64,000 bases of DNA, from assembly GCA_903921205.1 (NCBI GenBank), contig CAIXPF010000020.1:18775-82774 (forward strand). Reading direction: 5' to 3'. Numbering within the stretch: position 1 is the stretch's first letter; each line of letters begins with the position of its first letter. The translations under genes were made by a program, and so were the position numbers. This document shows positions 55,318-63,392 of the stretch, piece after piece. A model generated the notes under the pieces. The model was not told the DNA's origin, ran no database searches, and saw only the letters and a program-made list of their open reading frames with translations. This stretch comes from an uncultured Acidimicrobiia bacterium (lineage in GTDB: Bacteria; Actinomycetota; Acidimicrobiia; Acidimicrobiales; CAIXPF01).

Positions 55318-56214
55318 GTGGAGGTTCCGGCAGTGACCCTGCAGACGTGGCAGATCGGTGAGGCCAAGATCACCAAGGTGACGGAGATGGAGCAGCGCTG
55401 GCCCGGCTTCGCCGTCATCCCGCAGGCGACCCCGGCGGCGATGAAGGAGCACGACTGGGTGCTCGGGCCCTTCGCAGACCCGGAGTCGGGCAAGATCCGC
55501 CTGTCCTTCCATGCGTTCTGCATCGAGGTCGGCGACGAGAAGATCGTGGTCGACACCTGCGCCGGCAACGACAAGGTCCGACCCAACTTCGAGGCGCTCG
55601 GCGGGCTGCACACCGACTTCCTCGAGCGGATGACCGAAGCCGGTTTCGGCCCCGACGACGTCACCGCAGTGGTCTGCACCCACCTGCACGTCGATCACGT
55701 CGGCTGGAACACCAACCTGGTGAACGGGGTGTGGACCCCGACCTTCCCGAAGGCCCGTTACCTCTTCGGGGCCAAGGAATGGAACCACTGGCGGGTCGAG
55801 CCCCAGGTCTACGGCGACGTGGTCGGCGACAGCATCAAGCCGTGCATCGACGCCGGGCTGGCCGAGCTGGTCGAGTCCGACCTGCGTCTCAACGACGCCG
55901 TGTGGCTGGAGCCCACCCCGGGTCACACTCCCGGCCACCACAGCGTGCGGATCTCCTCCGGCGGGCTCGATGCGGTGGTGACCGGCGACATGGTCCACCA
56001 TCCGATCCAGTTCCACCACCCCGACTGGTCGAGCGAGCCCGACGTCGACAAGCCCATGGCCATCGACACCCGCCGGGCGTTCGCCGAGCGGTACTGCGAC
56101 GATCACACCATCGTGCTCGGCACCCACTTCGGTGGCCCGAGCTGCGGCCATCTGCGCCGTCTCGACGCCGGTGGCTGGTGGCTCGACTCGACCGGGTTCC
56201 CCGACATCAGCTGA
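55318..56214 (+). CDS. MBL-fold metallo-hydrolase (lactonase-like)
   Basis: 298 aa. Motifs THLHVDHVGW and TPGHTPGH. GTG 55333 is a better-spaced start relative to GGAGTGGAGG. Confidence 0.75.
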   Translation: MEVPAVTLQTWQIGEAKITKVTEMEQRWPGFAVIPQATPAAMKEHDWVLGPFADPESGKIRLSFHAFCIEVGDEKIVVDTCAGNDKVRPNFEALGGLHTDFLERMTEAGFGPDDVTAVVCTHLHVDHVGWNTNLVNGVWTPTFPKARYLFGAKEWNHWRVEPQVYGDVVGDSIKPCIDAGLAELVESDLRLNDAVWLEPTPGHTPGHHSVRISSGGLDAVVTGDMVHHPIQFHHPDWSSEPDVDKPMAIDTRRAFAERYCDDHTIVLGTHFGGPSCGHLRRLDAGGWWLDSTGFPDIS

Positions 56215-56278
56215 TCGCAGCGACCCACGGTGGCCGGGCGGGTCCGTCCTGCCGGGGCGCCGTGGGCGCAATGCGCCG

Positions 56279-57070
56279 TCAGTCGGTGCGGTCCTCGAGG
56301 CCGGGCATGCGCTTGCGCGATCCGAACGGACGGTCCTTGTCGAAGAACGCACCGCCGAGGCTGGCCAGCACGTAGGTCGAGTGCCCGGCGGCGATGGCCC
56401 CCCGGAACCCCTGGGCATCCTGGGCGTCGTTGACCTGCCGCTTGATCGACTGGGCGACGATGGGCTCGAGCCGGGCGATGCGCTCGGCCTTGGCCATCGC
56501 CGCCTCGGTCAGCTGCTCCCGGGGTACCACCTCGGAGACGAAGCCCAGTTCCTGGGCCCGGCGCGCGTCGAGGTCGCCGTACTCCCACAGCAGGTCCTTG
56601 GCGCGACGGGCGCCGATGTCCCATGGGGTCGACTGGAACTGGAACAGGCCGGGCATGAACCGGGCGTCCTCGGACGCCACGATGAGGTCCATGGCTGCGG
56701 CGATCATCCAGCCGCCGTAGATGCAACGGCCCTGTACCGCGGCCAACGTCGGCTTGGGCAGGTCGCGCCAGCGCATGGTGTTGTCGACGTTCCAGTCCCA
56801 GGAGCGCTGGTGTACCCCGACCACGCCGGGCGGGTACGGCCGGGCCTCGCGATCGGCGAGTTCCTCGGGGGTCCCGATGTCGTGGCCCGACGACCAGTGC
56901 TCGCCGCTGCCGAAGAGCACCACCACCCGCACGTCGTGGTCGGCCATGGCGTCGGCGAAGGCCGCATCGAGTTCCTCGAGGAGCACCCGGGACTGGGCGT
57001 TGCGGTACTTCGGGCGGTTCATGGTCACCGCTGCGACCGCTCCGATCCGTTCGTAGAGCACGGTGGTCAT
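56279..57070 (-). CDS. Enoyl-CoA hydratase/isomerase (crotonase family)
   Basis: Track ORF 56279-57382 trimmed to ATG 57070 with SD GGAGGA. Motifs VTMNRPKYRNA and AAVQGRCIYGGWMIAAAMD. Confidence 0.85.
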   Translation of the reverse strand: MTTVLYERIGAVAAVTMNRPKYRNAQSRVLLEELDAAFADAMADHDVRVVVLFGSGEHWSSGHDIGTPEELADREARPYPPGVVGVHQRSWDWNVDNTMRWRDLPKPTLAAVQGRCIYGGWMIAAAMDLIVASEDARFMPGLFQFQSTPWDIGARRAKDLLWEYGDLDARRAQELGFVSEVVPREQLTEAAMAKAERIARLEPIVAQSIKRQVNDAQDAQGFRGAIAAGHSTYVLASLGGAFFDKDRPFGSRKRMPGLEDRTD

Positions 57071-57091
57071 GGGTCGTTCCTCCGGGTTCGC

Positions 57092-57170
57092 GGGGTCGGC
57101 AGTCGGGTCGGCAGGGTGGTCGGGTCGACAGGGTGGTCGGGTCGGCAGGGTGGTCGGGTCGGCAGGGTCA
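57092..57170. repeat. 17-bp tandem repeat, about 4.5 copies, intercistronic
   Basis: GGGTCGGCAGGGTGGTC at 57105-57121, 57122-57138 (one G-to-A change) and 57139-57155. Partial copies lie at 57092-57104 and 57156-57170, and the last contains the TGA (57168-57170) of the upstream dehydrogenase gene. Confidence 0.85.
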
Positions 57171-58124
57171 GCCGCCGACGATGACCCGGGTGGGTGCGCC
57201 GTCGAGATAGGCCCGGATGTTCTCGGCGATGTGCCGGTAGAACACGTCGTAGACGTTCTCGGACACGTAGCCGACGTGTGGCGTGGCCAGCACGTTGTCC
57301 AGGGTGCGGAACGGATGGCCTGCCGGGAGCGGTTCGATCCCGAAGGCGTCGAGGCCGGCGCCGGCGATGGTGCCTGCGGCACAGGCCCGGGCGAGCGCGT
57401 CCTCGTCGCAGATCGGGCCGCGGCTGGTGTTGATGAGCCAAGCGGTCGGCTTCATCATGGCGAGCTCGGCGGCACCGACGAGATGCCGGGTGCGCTCGGA
57501 GAGCACCAGATGGACGCTGAGCACATCGGCGCGCCGGAACAGCTCGTCCTTGCTCACCAGTTCGGCACCGATCTCGGCGCAACGCTGGGCCGTGAGGTTC
57601 TGGCTCCAGGCCACCAGGTTCATGCCGAAGGCCTTGCCCACCTGGGCGACCATGGCCCCGATGCGTCCCAGCCCGGCGAGGCCGAGCGTCGCGCCGTGCA
57701 GGTCGGTGCCGATGGTGCTCATCCACCGGCCGGCGCGCACGTTGGCGATCTCGGTCGGCACCTGGCGCAGCGCCGCCAGGATGAGTGCCCAGGTCAGCTC
57801 GGCGGTGCTCTGCACACTGCCGCTCGTGCCGCACAGCGTGATGCCCCGTTCGAGGCAGGCGTCCTCGTCGATGGCGGCGTTGCGCATCCCGGTGGTCACC
57901 AGCAGGCGCAGGTTCGGCAACCGGTCGAGCAGCGCGCGGTCGAACGTGGTGCGCTCGCGCATGGCGACGACGGCCTCGTAGGGCCGGAGACGTTCCACGA
58001 GTGCCTCTCGGTCCTCCACATGGTCGGTGAAGGCGTCGTAGACGACCCGCTCGTCGGCCGGGTTGCGGGCCAGGTAGGCGGTGGCCACCCCCTGGTAGTC
58101 GTCGAGCAGGGCCACCCGCATCAT
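57168..58124 (-). CDS. D-isomer-specific 2-hydroxyacid dehydrogenase
   Basis: Track ORF 57168-58856 trimmed to ATG 58124, with an ATGA overlap onto the upstream stop. Motifs GLAGLGRIG, NTSRG and HVGY. Confidence 0.85.
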   Translation of the reverse strand: MMRVALLDDYQGVATAYLARNPADERVVYDAFTDHVEDREALVERLRPYEAVVAMRERTTFDRALLDRLPNLRLLVTTGMRNAAIDEDACLERGITLCGTSGSVQSTAELTWALILAALRQVPTEIANVRAGRWMSTIGTDLHGATLGLAGLGRIGAMVAQVGKAFGMNLVAWSQNLTAQRCAEIGAELVSKDELFRRADVLSVHLVLSERTRHLVGAAELAMMKPTAWLINTSRGPICDEDALARACAAGTIAGAGLDAFGIEPLPAGHPFRTLDNVLATPHVGYVSENVYDVFYRHIAENIRAYLDGAPTRVIVGG

Positions 58125-59011
58125 CCCCCGACCACCTGCATGAACCGCTCGAGGGCGGCGATGTGCTCGCCGACGGTGCTGAAACCCGGGGCCTCCATGC
58201 CGGTCCACGCCGCGGTGGTGCTCATGGCGTTGATGGTGACGTAGTCGATGCCGGCCTCGCGGGCGCTGTCGACGGAGCTGGCCCAGCGGGCCTCGCCGAG
58301 CCCGTACATGAGGGTGAACTCGAGCGGGAAGGTCGCCGGATCGCGACCCTCGGCCGCGACGAGGGCGCGCAGCTCGGTGGCCTGCTCGACGGTCTTGCGG
58401 CCGGCGCTGGCGAAGGTGAAGCCGTCGCCCACCCGGGCGGCCCGGCGGAACGCCACCTTGGTCGAGCCGCCGAACCACAGCGGGATCGGCCGGCGCGGCC
58501 GGGGCAGGATGCCGGCCCGGTCGATGCGGTGGTGGCCGGTGGTCACGTCGAGCACCGGCTCGCTCCACAGCCGGCGCATGAGGCTGATCTGGTCGTCGAA
58601 GCGGGCACCGCGACCTTCCCAGGGGATGCCGAGGCCCTCGTATTCCACCGGGTTCCATCCGGTGCCGATGCCGAGCCGGAGCCGTCCTCCGGAGAGGATG
58701 TCGACCTCGGCGGCCTGCTTGGCGGCGAGCACGGTCTGGCGTTGCGGCAGGATGATGATGGCCGTCTCGAACTCGATGGTGCTGGTGACACCGGCGAGGA
58801 ACCCGAACAGCACGAACGGCTCGTGGAACGGGTCGCGTTCGGTGTACGGCCCCCACAGTTTCGGCTCGCGCCCGGCGTGCTCGGCGCCGAGCACGTGGTC
58901 GTAGGCGACGATGTGGCTGTAGCCGAGGGACTCGGCGGCCTGGGCGATGTCGCGGATGGCGATGGGGTCGTCACCGATCTCGGTGGTGGGGAAGGTCGCT
59001 CCGAATTTCAC
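58121..59011 (-). CDS. LLM-class F420-dependent oxidoreductase
   Basis: Track ORF 58121-59434 trimmed to GTG 59011 (VKFGATFPT). Motif GIGTGWNPVEYE. The start is not certain. Confidence 0.75.
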   Translation of the reverse strand: MKFGATFPTTEIGDDPIAIRDIAQAAESLGYSHIVAYDHVLGAEHAGREPKLWGPYTERDPFHEPFVLFGFLAGVTSTIEFETAIIILPQRQTVLAAKQAAEVDILSGGRLRLGIGTGWNPVEYEGLGIPWEGRGARFDDQISLMRRLWSEPVLDVTTGHHRIDRAGILPRPRRPIPLWFGGSTKVAFRRAARVGDGFTFASAGRKTVEQATELRALVAAEGRDPATFPLEFTLMYGLGEARWASSVDSAREAGIDYVTINAMSTTAAWTGMEAPGFSTVGEHIAALERFMQVVGG

Positions 59012-59108
59012 CGGCGCATTCTTGCCGATCACCCCACCCGCCGCTCGGTACCGTGCGGTATGGCTTGTGGCGCGTCGTGGCGCAGCCGGCGAGCGATAGG
59101 GTCGGCCC

Positions 59109-60047
59109 ATGTCGATCAAGCTGAGGAAGCTTCCTGACGCATCGTTCGGTGCGATCGTCGAGGGGCTCGAGCCGTCGGAGACGCCGACCGAGGAGATCGT
59201 CGCCGAGGTACGGGCTGCGTTGGCCGAGCACGTGTTGCTGGTCGTACGCGGCCATCGGCCGCCCAGCGATGCGGAGCTGGTCCGCTTCGCCGGTGGGTTC
59301 GGTCCCCTTTTCGACGGGGGCGAGCTGTTCGGCATCGCCTCGCCGACCAGGGAGATCCTGCGGCTCACCAGTGAACGCAACGAGCTCGGCGTGGAGACCG
59401 GTCCGTCGTCGGCGACCCCGTTGCCGTGGCACACCGACTACTCCTACCTGCCCTGCGCCGCCCGGGAGACGTTCCTCGAGGCGGTGCAGCTGCCCGCCGA
59501 CGGTGGCGGGCGGACGTGGTTCGCCGACGTGTACGACGCCTGGGAGTCGCTGGCCCAGACCATCCATGATCGCCTCGACGGGCTGGTCGGCATCCACTCG
59601 ATCAAGGGCAGCGGTCGGCATCTCAACCGTGACGAGCGGCGGGCGGCACGGGCCGGACGCGAGGTCAAGAACCCCGACTTCACCTACCCCGGCGGCCGGG
59701 TGCCGGCCCGTCATCCGTTGGCCCATCGGCACCCCGACACCGGGCGGATCGCGCTGTACGTGAACTCCCTGGTGGCCGGGATCGAGGGCTGGGACCCCGA
59801 CGACGCCGACAGCCTGATCGAGGACCTGATCGTGCACGCGACCGACGAGGGACGGGTCTACGGGCACGCCTGGGAGGTCGGCGATCTGGTGATCTTCGAC
59901 GACATCGGCACCATCCACCGGCGCGATCCGTCCGATCGGGACCAGATCCGCACCATGCGCCAGCTGTCCACCATGCTCACCGACGACGGCCTGGCCGGGG
60001 CCGCTTCGGTGACCGTGTCGACCGTGGGCGGCGCCAGACCCGGCTGA
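59109..60047 (+). CDS. TauD/TfdA-family Fe(II)/2-oxoglutarate dioxygenase
   Basis: 312 aa. Motifs PWHTDYSY (HxD), FDDIGTIHRR and a distal Arg. Confidence 0.8.
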   Translation: MSIKLRKLPDASFGAIVEGLEPSETPTEEIVAEVRAALAEHVLLVVRGHRPPSDAELVRFAGGFGPLFDGGELFGIASPTREILRLTSERNELGVETGPSSATPLPWHTDYSYLPCAARETFLEAVQLPADGGGRTWFADVYDAWESLAQTIHDRLDGLVGIHSIKGSGRHLNRDERRAARAGREVKNPDFTYPGGRVPARHPLAHRHPDTGRIALYVNSLVAGIEGWDPDDADSLIEDLIVHATDEGRVYGHAWEVGDLVIFDDIGTIHRRDPSDRDQIRTMRQLSTMLTDDGLAGAASVTVSTVGGARPG

Positions 60048-60077
60048 ACGGGCCCGACCCCGCCGGGGTCCGTCGGG

Positions 60078-60691
60078 CTACGCGCCGGCCCACACCGGTG
60101 GACGTCGCCCGGCCCACGGGCGGGCCCCTTCGAGCTGACCGGCCACCCGGAACAGCACGTCCTCGCGCCACTGGCCGCCATCGGGACCATGCCCGAGGCG
60201 ACGGCCGCAGCGGAACCACCACTCGATCCGCTGGGCGAGCGGCTGAGGTCCCACGGGTTGTGGGTCGGACCGAACGCCAGCGGCTCGGTGGTGGGCACCG
60301 AGCCCCATTCCGGGGTGTTGGTCTTGCCCAGGGTGATCAGGCCGCTCGCCCGGAACCTGGCCGCGAGCTCGGTGTCGTGGTCCGGTCGGTAGTCGAGCTC
60401 CTTCAGCACGGCCATGCCGGCGCAGTAGCGGTCACCGGCGGTATGGGCCATCAGGTCCTTCATCAGGAACGGCACGCCGGCGAACGGCCCGCCGGCCCCG
60501 CCTGCGGACGCGAGCGTCCGGGCCGCCTGTCGGGCGCCCTCGTACAGCGGGGTGATGACCGCGTTGAGCTGCGGGTTCAGCCGCTCGATGCGCTCGACGG
60601 CGGCCTCGACCAGCTCTGCAGCGCTGAGCTCAGCGCGGCGCACCAGCTCGGCCTGGGCCAGTGCGTCGAGACCTGCGAGGTCCTCGCTCAT
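60078..60691 (-). pseudogene. Amidase-signature amidase inactivated by a frame-shifting internal deletion
   Basis: From ATG 60691 there are 172 aa of canonical AS sequence (FLMKDL...GKTNTPEWG...[19 protein letters not shown]), which stops matching at about 60176. The GGSIRIPA nucleophile segment is absent. A typical amidase C-terminus ([24 protein letters not shown], stop 60078) follows immediately in another frame. Confidence 0.7.
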
Positions 60692-61125
60692 GAGACGGCC
60701 CACTGCAGCAGCGTGTGCACCGGGTCGTCGTCGAGGTGGTGCTCGAAGACCGCGTGGACCGGGGCGCCGATGACCAGCGGCTGGTGGGGGTCACCCACCA
60801 GGTTGCCGACGATGCGGACGCCGTCGGCGTGGGGCAGTTCCACCAGGACGACCACGTACGGGCCCTGTTCGGCCAGGGCGGGGTGCACCGGGTGCCAGAT
60901 CCGTTCGTGGCTGTAGATGATCCCTTCGGCCGCGGTCTCCTCGTAGCGCAGGTCGAAGGAATGGCAGCGGTGGCACACCCATTCAGGTCCCCACTGCCAG
61001 CGGTTGCAGCCGTTGCAGCGTTGCAGGAGGAGCTTCTCCTGCTGCAGGCCCTCCCAGAACGGGGTGTCGAGTCCGTCGCGTGACGGGGCCGGCTTGGCCA
61101 GTCCCGGTCGGAGATAGGGGGTCAT
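60688..61125 (-). CDS. Zn-ribbon/OB-fold protein (DUF35 family)
   Basis: Track ORF 60688-62349 trimmed to ATG 61125. The rubredoxin-like CNGCNRWQWGPEWVCHRC is followed by an OB-fold region. It pairs with the upstream thiolase-like gene. Confidence 0.8.
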   Translation of the reverse strand: MTPYLRPGLAKPAPSRDGLDTPFWEGLQQEKLLLQRCNGCNRWQWGPEWVCHRCHSFDLRYEETAAEGIIYSHERIWHPVHPALAEQGPYVVVLVELPHADGVRIVGNLVGDPHQPLVIGAPVHAVFEHHLDDDPVHTLLQWAVS

Positions 61126-61127
61126 GC

Positions 61128-62312
61128 TCACAGCGTTGCCTCGCTCCCGAAGATGCAGGAGCTGACGGGGGTGACCATCGGGCCTGAACAGACCATGGCC
61201 ACCTCGGCGTCGGGCACCTGGCAGGTGGACTCTCCCCAGATCTGGCGGACCGCCTCGATGTTGAGGCCCAGACCGTGCATGTAGCACTCGGCCAGGTTGC
61301 CGCCGCTGGTGTTGAGCGGCAGCTTGCCGCCCGGGGCCGAGAGGTTCTCGACCGTGAGGAAGTCGTTGACCTCCTCGGCGGTGCAGAACCCGTGCTCGAC
61401 GATGCTCATCATCACGCCGCCGGTGAAGTTCTCGTAGCTCTGCAGCACGTCGACGTCGCCGGGGCCCATCTGCGCCATGCGGTACAGACGAGGCGCCACG
61501 GTGGTGAAACCCGAGGAGGCGTACTCCGGGGTGTTGTGCACCGGTGCGCCGGCGCGGTGTTGCGAACCCGAGACCGCGGCGAGCACGTAGCAGGGGTTGT
61601 GGTCGAAGTCCTTGGCCCGTTCGGCGGACACCAGCACCATGGCGGCGGCGCCGTCGTTCTCCTGGCAGCAGTCGAACAGGTGGAACGGCTCGACGATCCA
61701 GCGCGAGGCGTCGTAGGTGGCCTCGTCGAGCGGCCGTCCGTTCATCACGGCCCGCGGGTTGTGCTGGGCGTGGGCGTAGGACGCCAGCGAGATCGCCCGC
61801 AGCGCTTCCTGCTGCACGCCGTGGTCGTGCATGAACCGGTTGACCTTCATGGCGAACATGTGGGCCGCCGACATCAGCCCGTAGGGCAGGGTGTGGGCCG
61901 CAGCGCCCGACACCATCCGGCTGCGCGGGCCCTGGCCGAACCGGCCGAACTGGCCCTGCGCCAGGGCCCGGAAGACCACCACGCACTCGGCCTGGCCGGT
62001 GGCGATGGCGGCAGCGGCGTTGGCCACCGCGCCGGATCCGCCGCCCCCGCCTCCGCCCCACTGCATCGAGGCGAAGCTGAGCTGCTTGCAGCCCAGCGCT
62101 GCGGACAGGCGAGAGGCGTCGGAGCGGTCGTTGCTGTAGGACGAGAAGCCGTCGACGTCGGCAGGATCGATGCCGGCATTGGCGCAGGCACCGAGCACGG
62201 CCTCGATGGCCAGCTTGAACTCGGGGTCGGGGGAGCGGCCCCACTTGTAGTACTCGGTCTCGGCGACGCCGACCACGGCGGCCTTGCCCCGAAGCGTGCG
62301 ATCCGTTGTCAT
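61128..62312 (-). CDS. SCP-x/nonspecific lipid-transfer-type thiolase-like protein
   Basis: 394 aa. VVGVAETEYYK, and C-terminal SGGNLAECYMHG...QIWGE, typical of DUF35-partnered thiolase-like enzymes. Confidence 0.85.
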   Translation of the reverse strand: MTTDRTLRGKAAVVGVAETEYYKWGRSPDPEFKLAIEAVLGACANAGIDPADVDGFSSYSNDRSDASRLSAALGCKQLSFASMQWGGGGGGGSGAVANAAAAIATGQAECVVVFRALAQGQFGRFGQGPRSRMVSGAAAHTLPYGLMSAAHMFAMKVNRFMHDHGVQQEALRAISLASYAHAQHNPRAVMNGRPLDEATYDASRWIVEPFHLFDCCQENDGAAAMVLVSAERAKDFDHNPCYVLAAVSGSQHRAGAPVHNTPEYASSGFTTVAPRLYRMAQMGPGDVDVLQSYENFTGGVMMSIVEHGFCTAEEVNDFLTVENLSAPGGKLPLNTSGGNLAECYMHGLGLNIEAVRQIWGESTCQVPDAEVAMVCSGPMVTPVSSCIFGSEATL

Positions 62313-62507
62313 GCGCTCCCCCTGATCGAGCCCGTCCTGCGGGCCTCATGGCGGACGGTACACCGGCGCACGGCCCCGGGCACGCAGCCCGGCCCGTGCC
62401 GGCCGAGGGGTACGATCCGCACCCACGGCCACCGGCCCTGCCGCAACGGCGTCCGGGCAGCCCGATCAGTCCGAGCCAATGATCCGTATCACCTCAAGGG
62501 GATTGTC

Positions 62508-63326
62508 ATGTCCAAGCGTGTCCTGCTCACCGGTGCCTCGACCGGCATCGGTTTCGCCACCCTGCAGATGCTCGTCGCCGACGGCCACGAGGTGACCTCG
62601 CTCGACGTCAAGGAGGCGCCGGCCGGCGCAGCCGTGCACCACCACTGCGATCTGTCCGACCCGGCATCGATCGACGCCGTGGTTGCGCAGCTGCAGGGCC
62701 CCTACGACGCGGTGCTCAACGTGGCCGGTGTCGCCGGTTCGATGGGTGCCGAGCTGGTGCTGCGGGTCAACGTGTACGGCCTGCGTCACCTGACCGAGTC
62801 GCTGCTCGCCGCCGGCAAGATCGCTGCGCCGGGCGGGTCGATCGTGAACATCGCGTCGCTGGCCGGGATGGCCTGGGATCGCCACCTCGACCGCATCAAC
62901 GCCCTCGAGGACGCCGAGGACTTCGCAGCCGGCATCGAGGTGGCCAAGGCCTACGACAAGGGCGGCCCCGCCGCCTACATCCTGTCCAAGGAGTGGGTGG
63001 TGGCCTACACCAAGCGCCTGGCCGGCCGGGTGGTCACCCAGGGCATCCGGGTCAACAGCGTGAGCCCCGGCCCGGTGATCACCCCGTTGTTCCCGTACTT
63101 CGAGACCGATGCCGGCAAGGAACAGATGGCCTGGATGAACGAACAGGTCGGCCGGGCCGCCCAGCCCGAGGACGAGGCCGAGGCCATCTGCTGGCTGGCC
63201 GTGGGCCGCAGCGGCTGGGTGAACGGTGTCGACCTTCCCGTCGACGGCGGGTTGCAGGCCGGCATGGCGGTCGGTTGGGCGGACACCAAGTCCTCGCCCG
63301 CTTCGAGGGCCCGCCGGGGCTCCTGA
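62508..63326 (+). CDS. Short-chain dehydrogenase/reductase (SDR)
   Basis: Track ORF 61275-63326 trimmed to ATG 62508 with SD AAGGGGA. Motifs TGASTGIG and YILSKEWV. Confidence 0.85.
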   Translation: MSKRVLLTGASTGIGFATLQMLVADGHEVTSLDVKEAPAGAAVHHHCDLSDPASIDAVVAQLQGPYDAVLNVAGVAGSMGAELVLRVNVYGLRHLTESLLAAGKIAAPGGSIVNIASLAGMAWDRHLDRINALEDAEDFAAGIEVAKAYDKGGPAAYILSKEWVVAYTKRLAGRVVTQGIRVNSVSPGPVITPLFPYFETDAGKEQMAWMNEQVGRAAQPEDEAEAICWLAVGRSGWVNGVDLPVDGGLQAGMAVGWADTKSSPASRARRGS

Positions 63327-63392
63327 GCGGTATCGTGACGCCTCGACGCCGGGCCAGCGGGCCCGGCGCGGGGCTGCTCAGCAGGGGGAACC

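Noticed and set aside
57092-57170. A CRISPR array or transposon terminal repeats as the explanation for the 17-bp repeats.
   Set aside because: The units are directly abutting with no spacers and are far shorter than CRISPR repeats. No cas genes, transposase or inverted terminal repeats are present.
59858-60703. The track ORF of 281 aa taken as an intact small amidase.
   Set aside because: Only the first 172 aa match the amidase signature. The catalytic nucleophile segment is missing. The remainder is Arg/Pro-rich read-through, antisense to the TauD-like gene. I called it a pseudogene instead.
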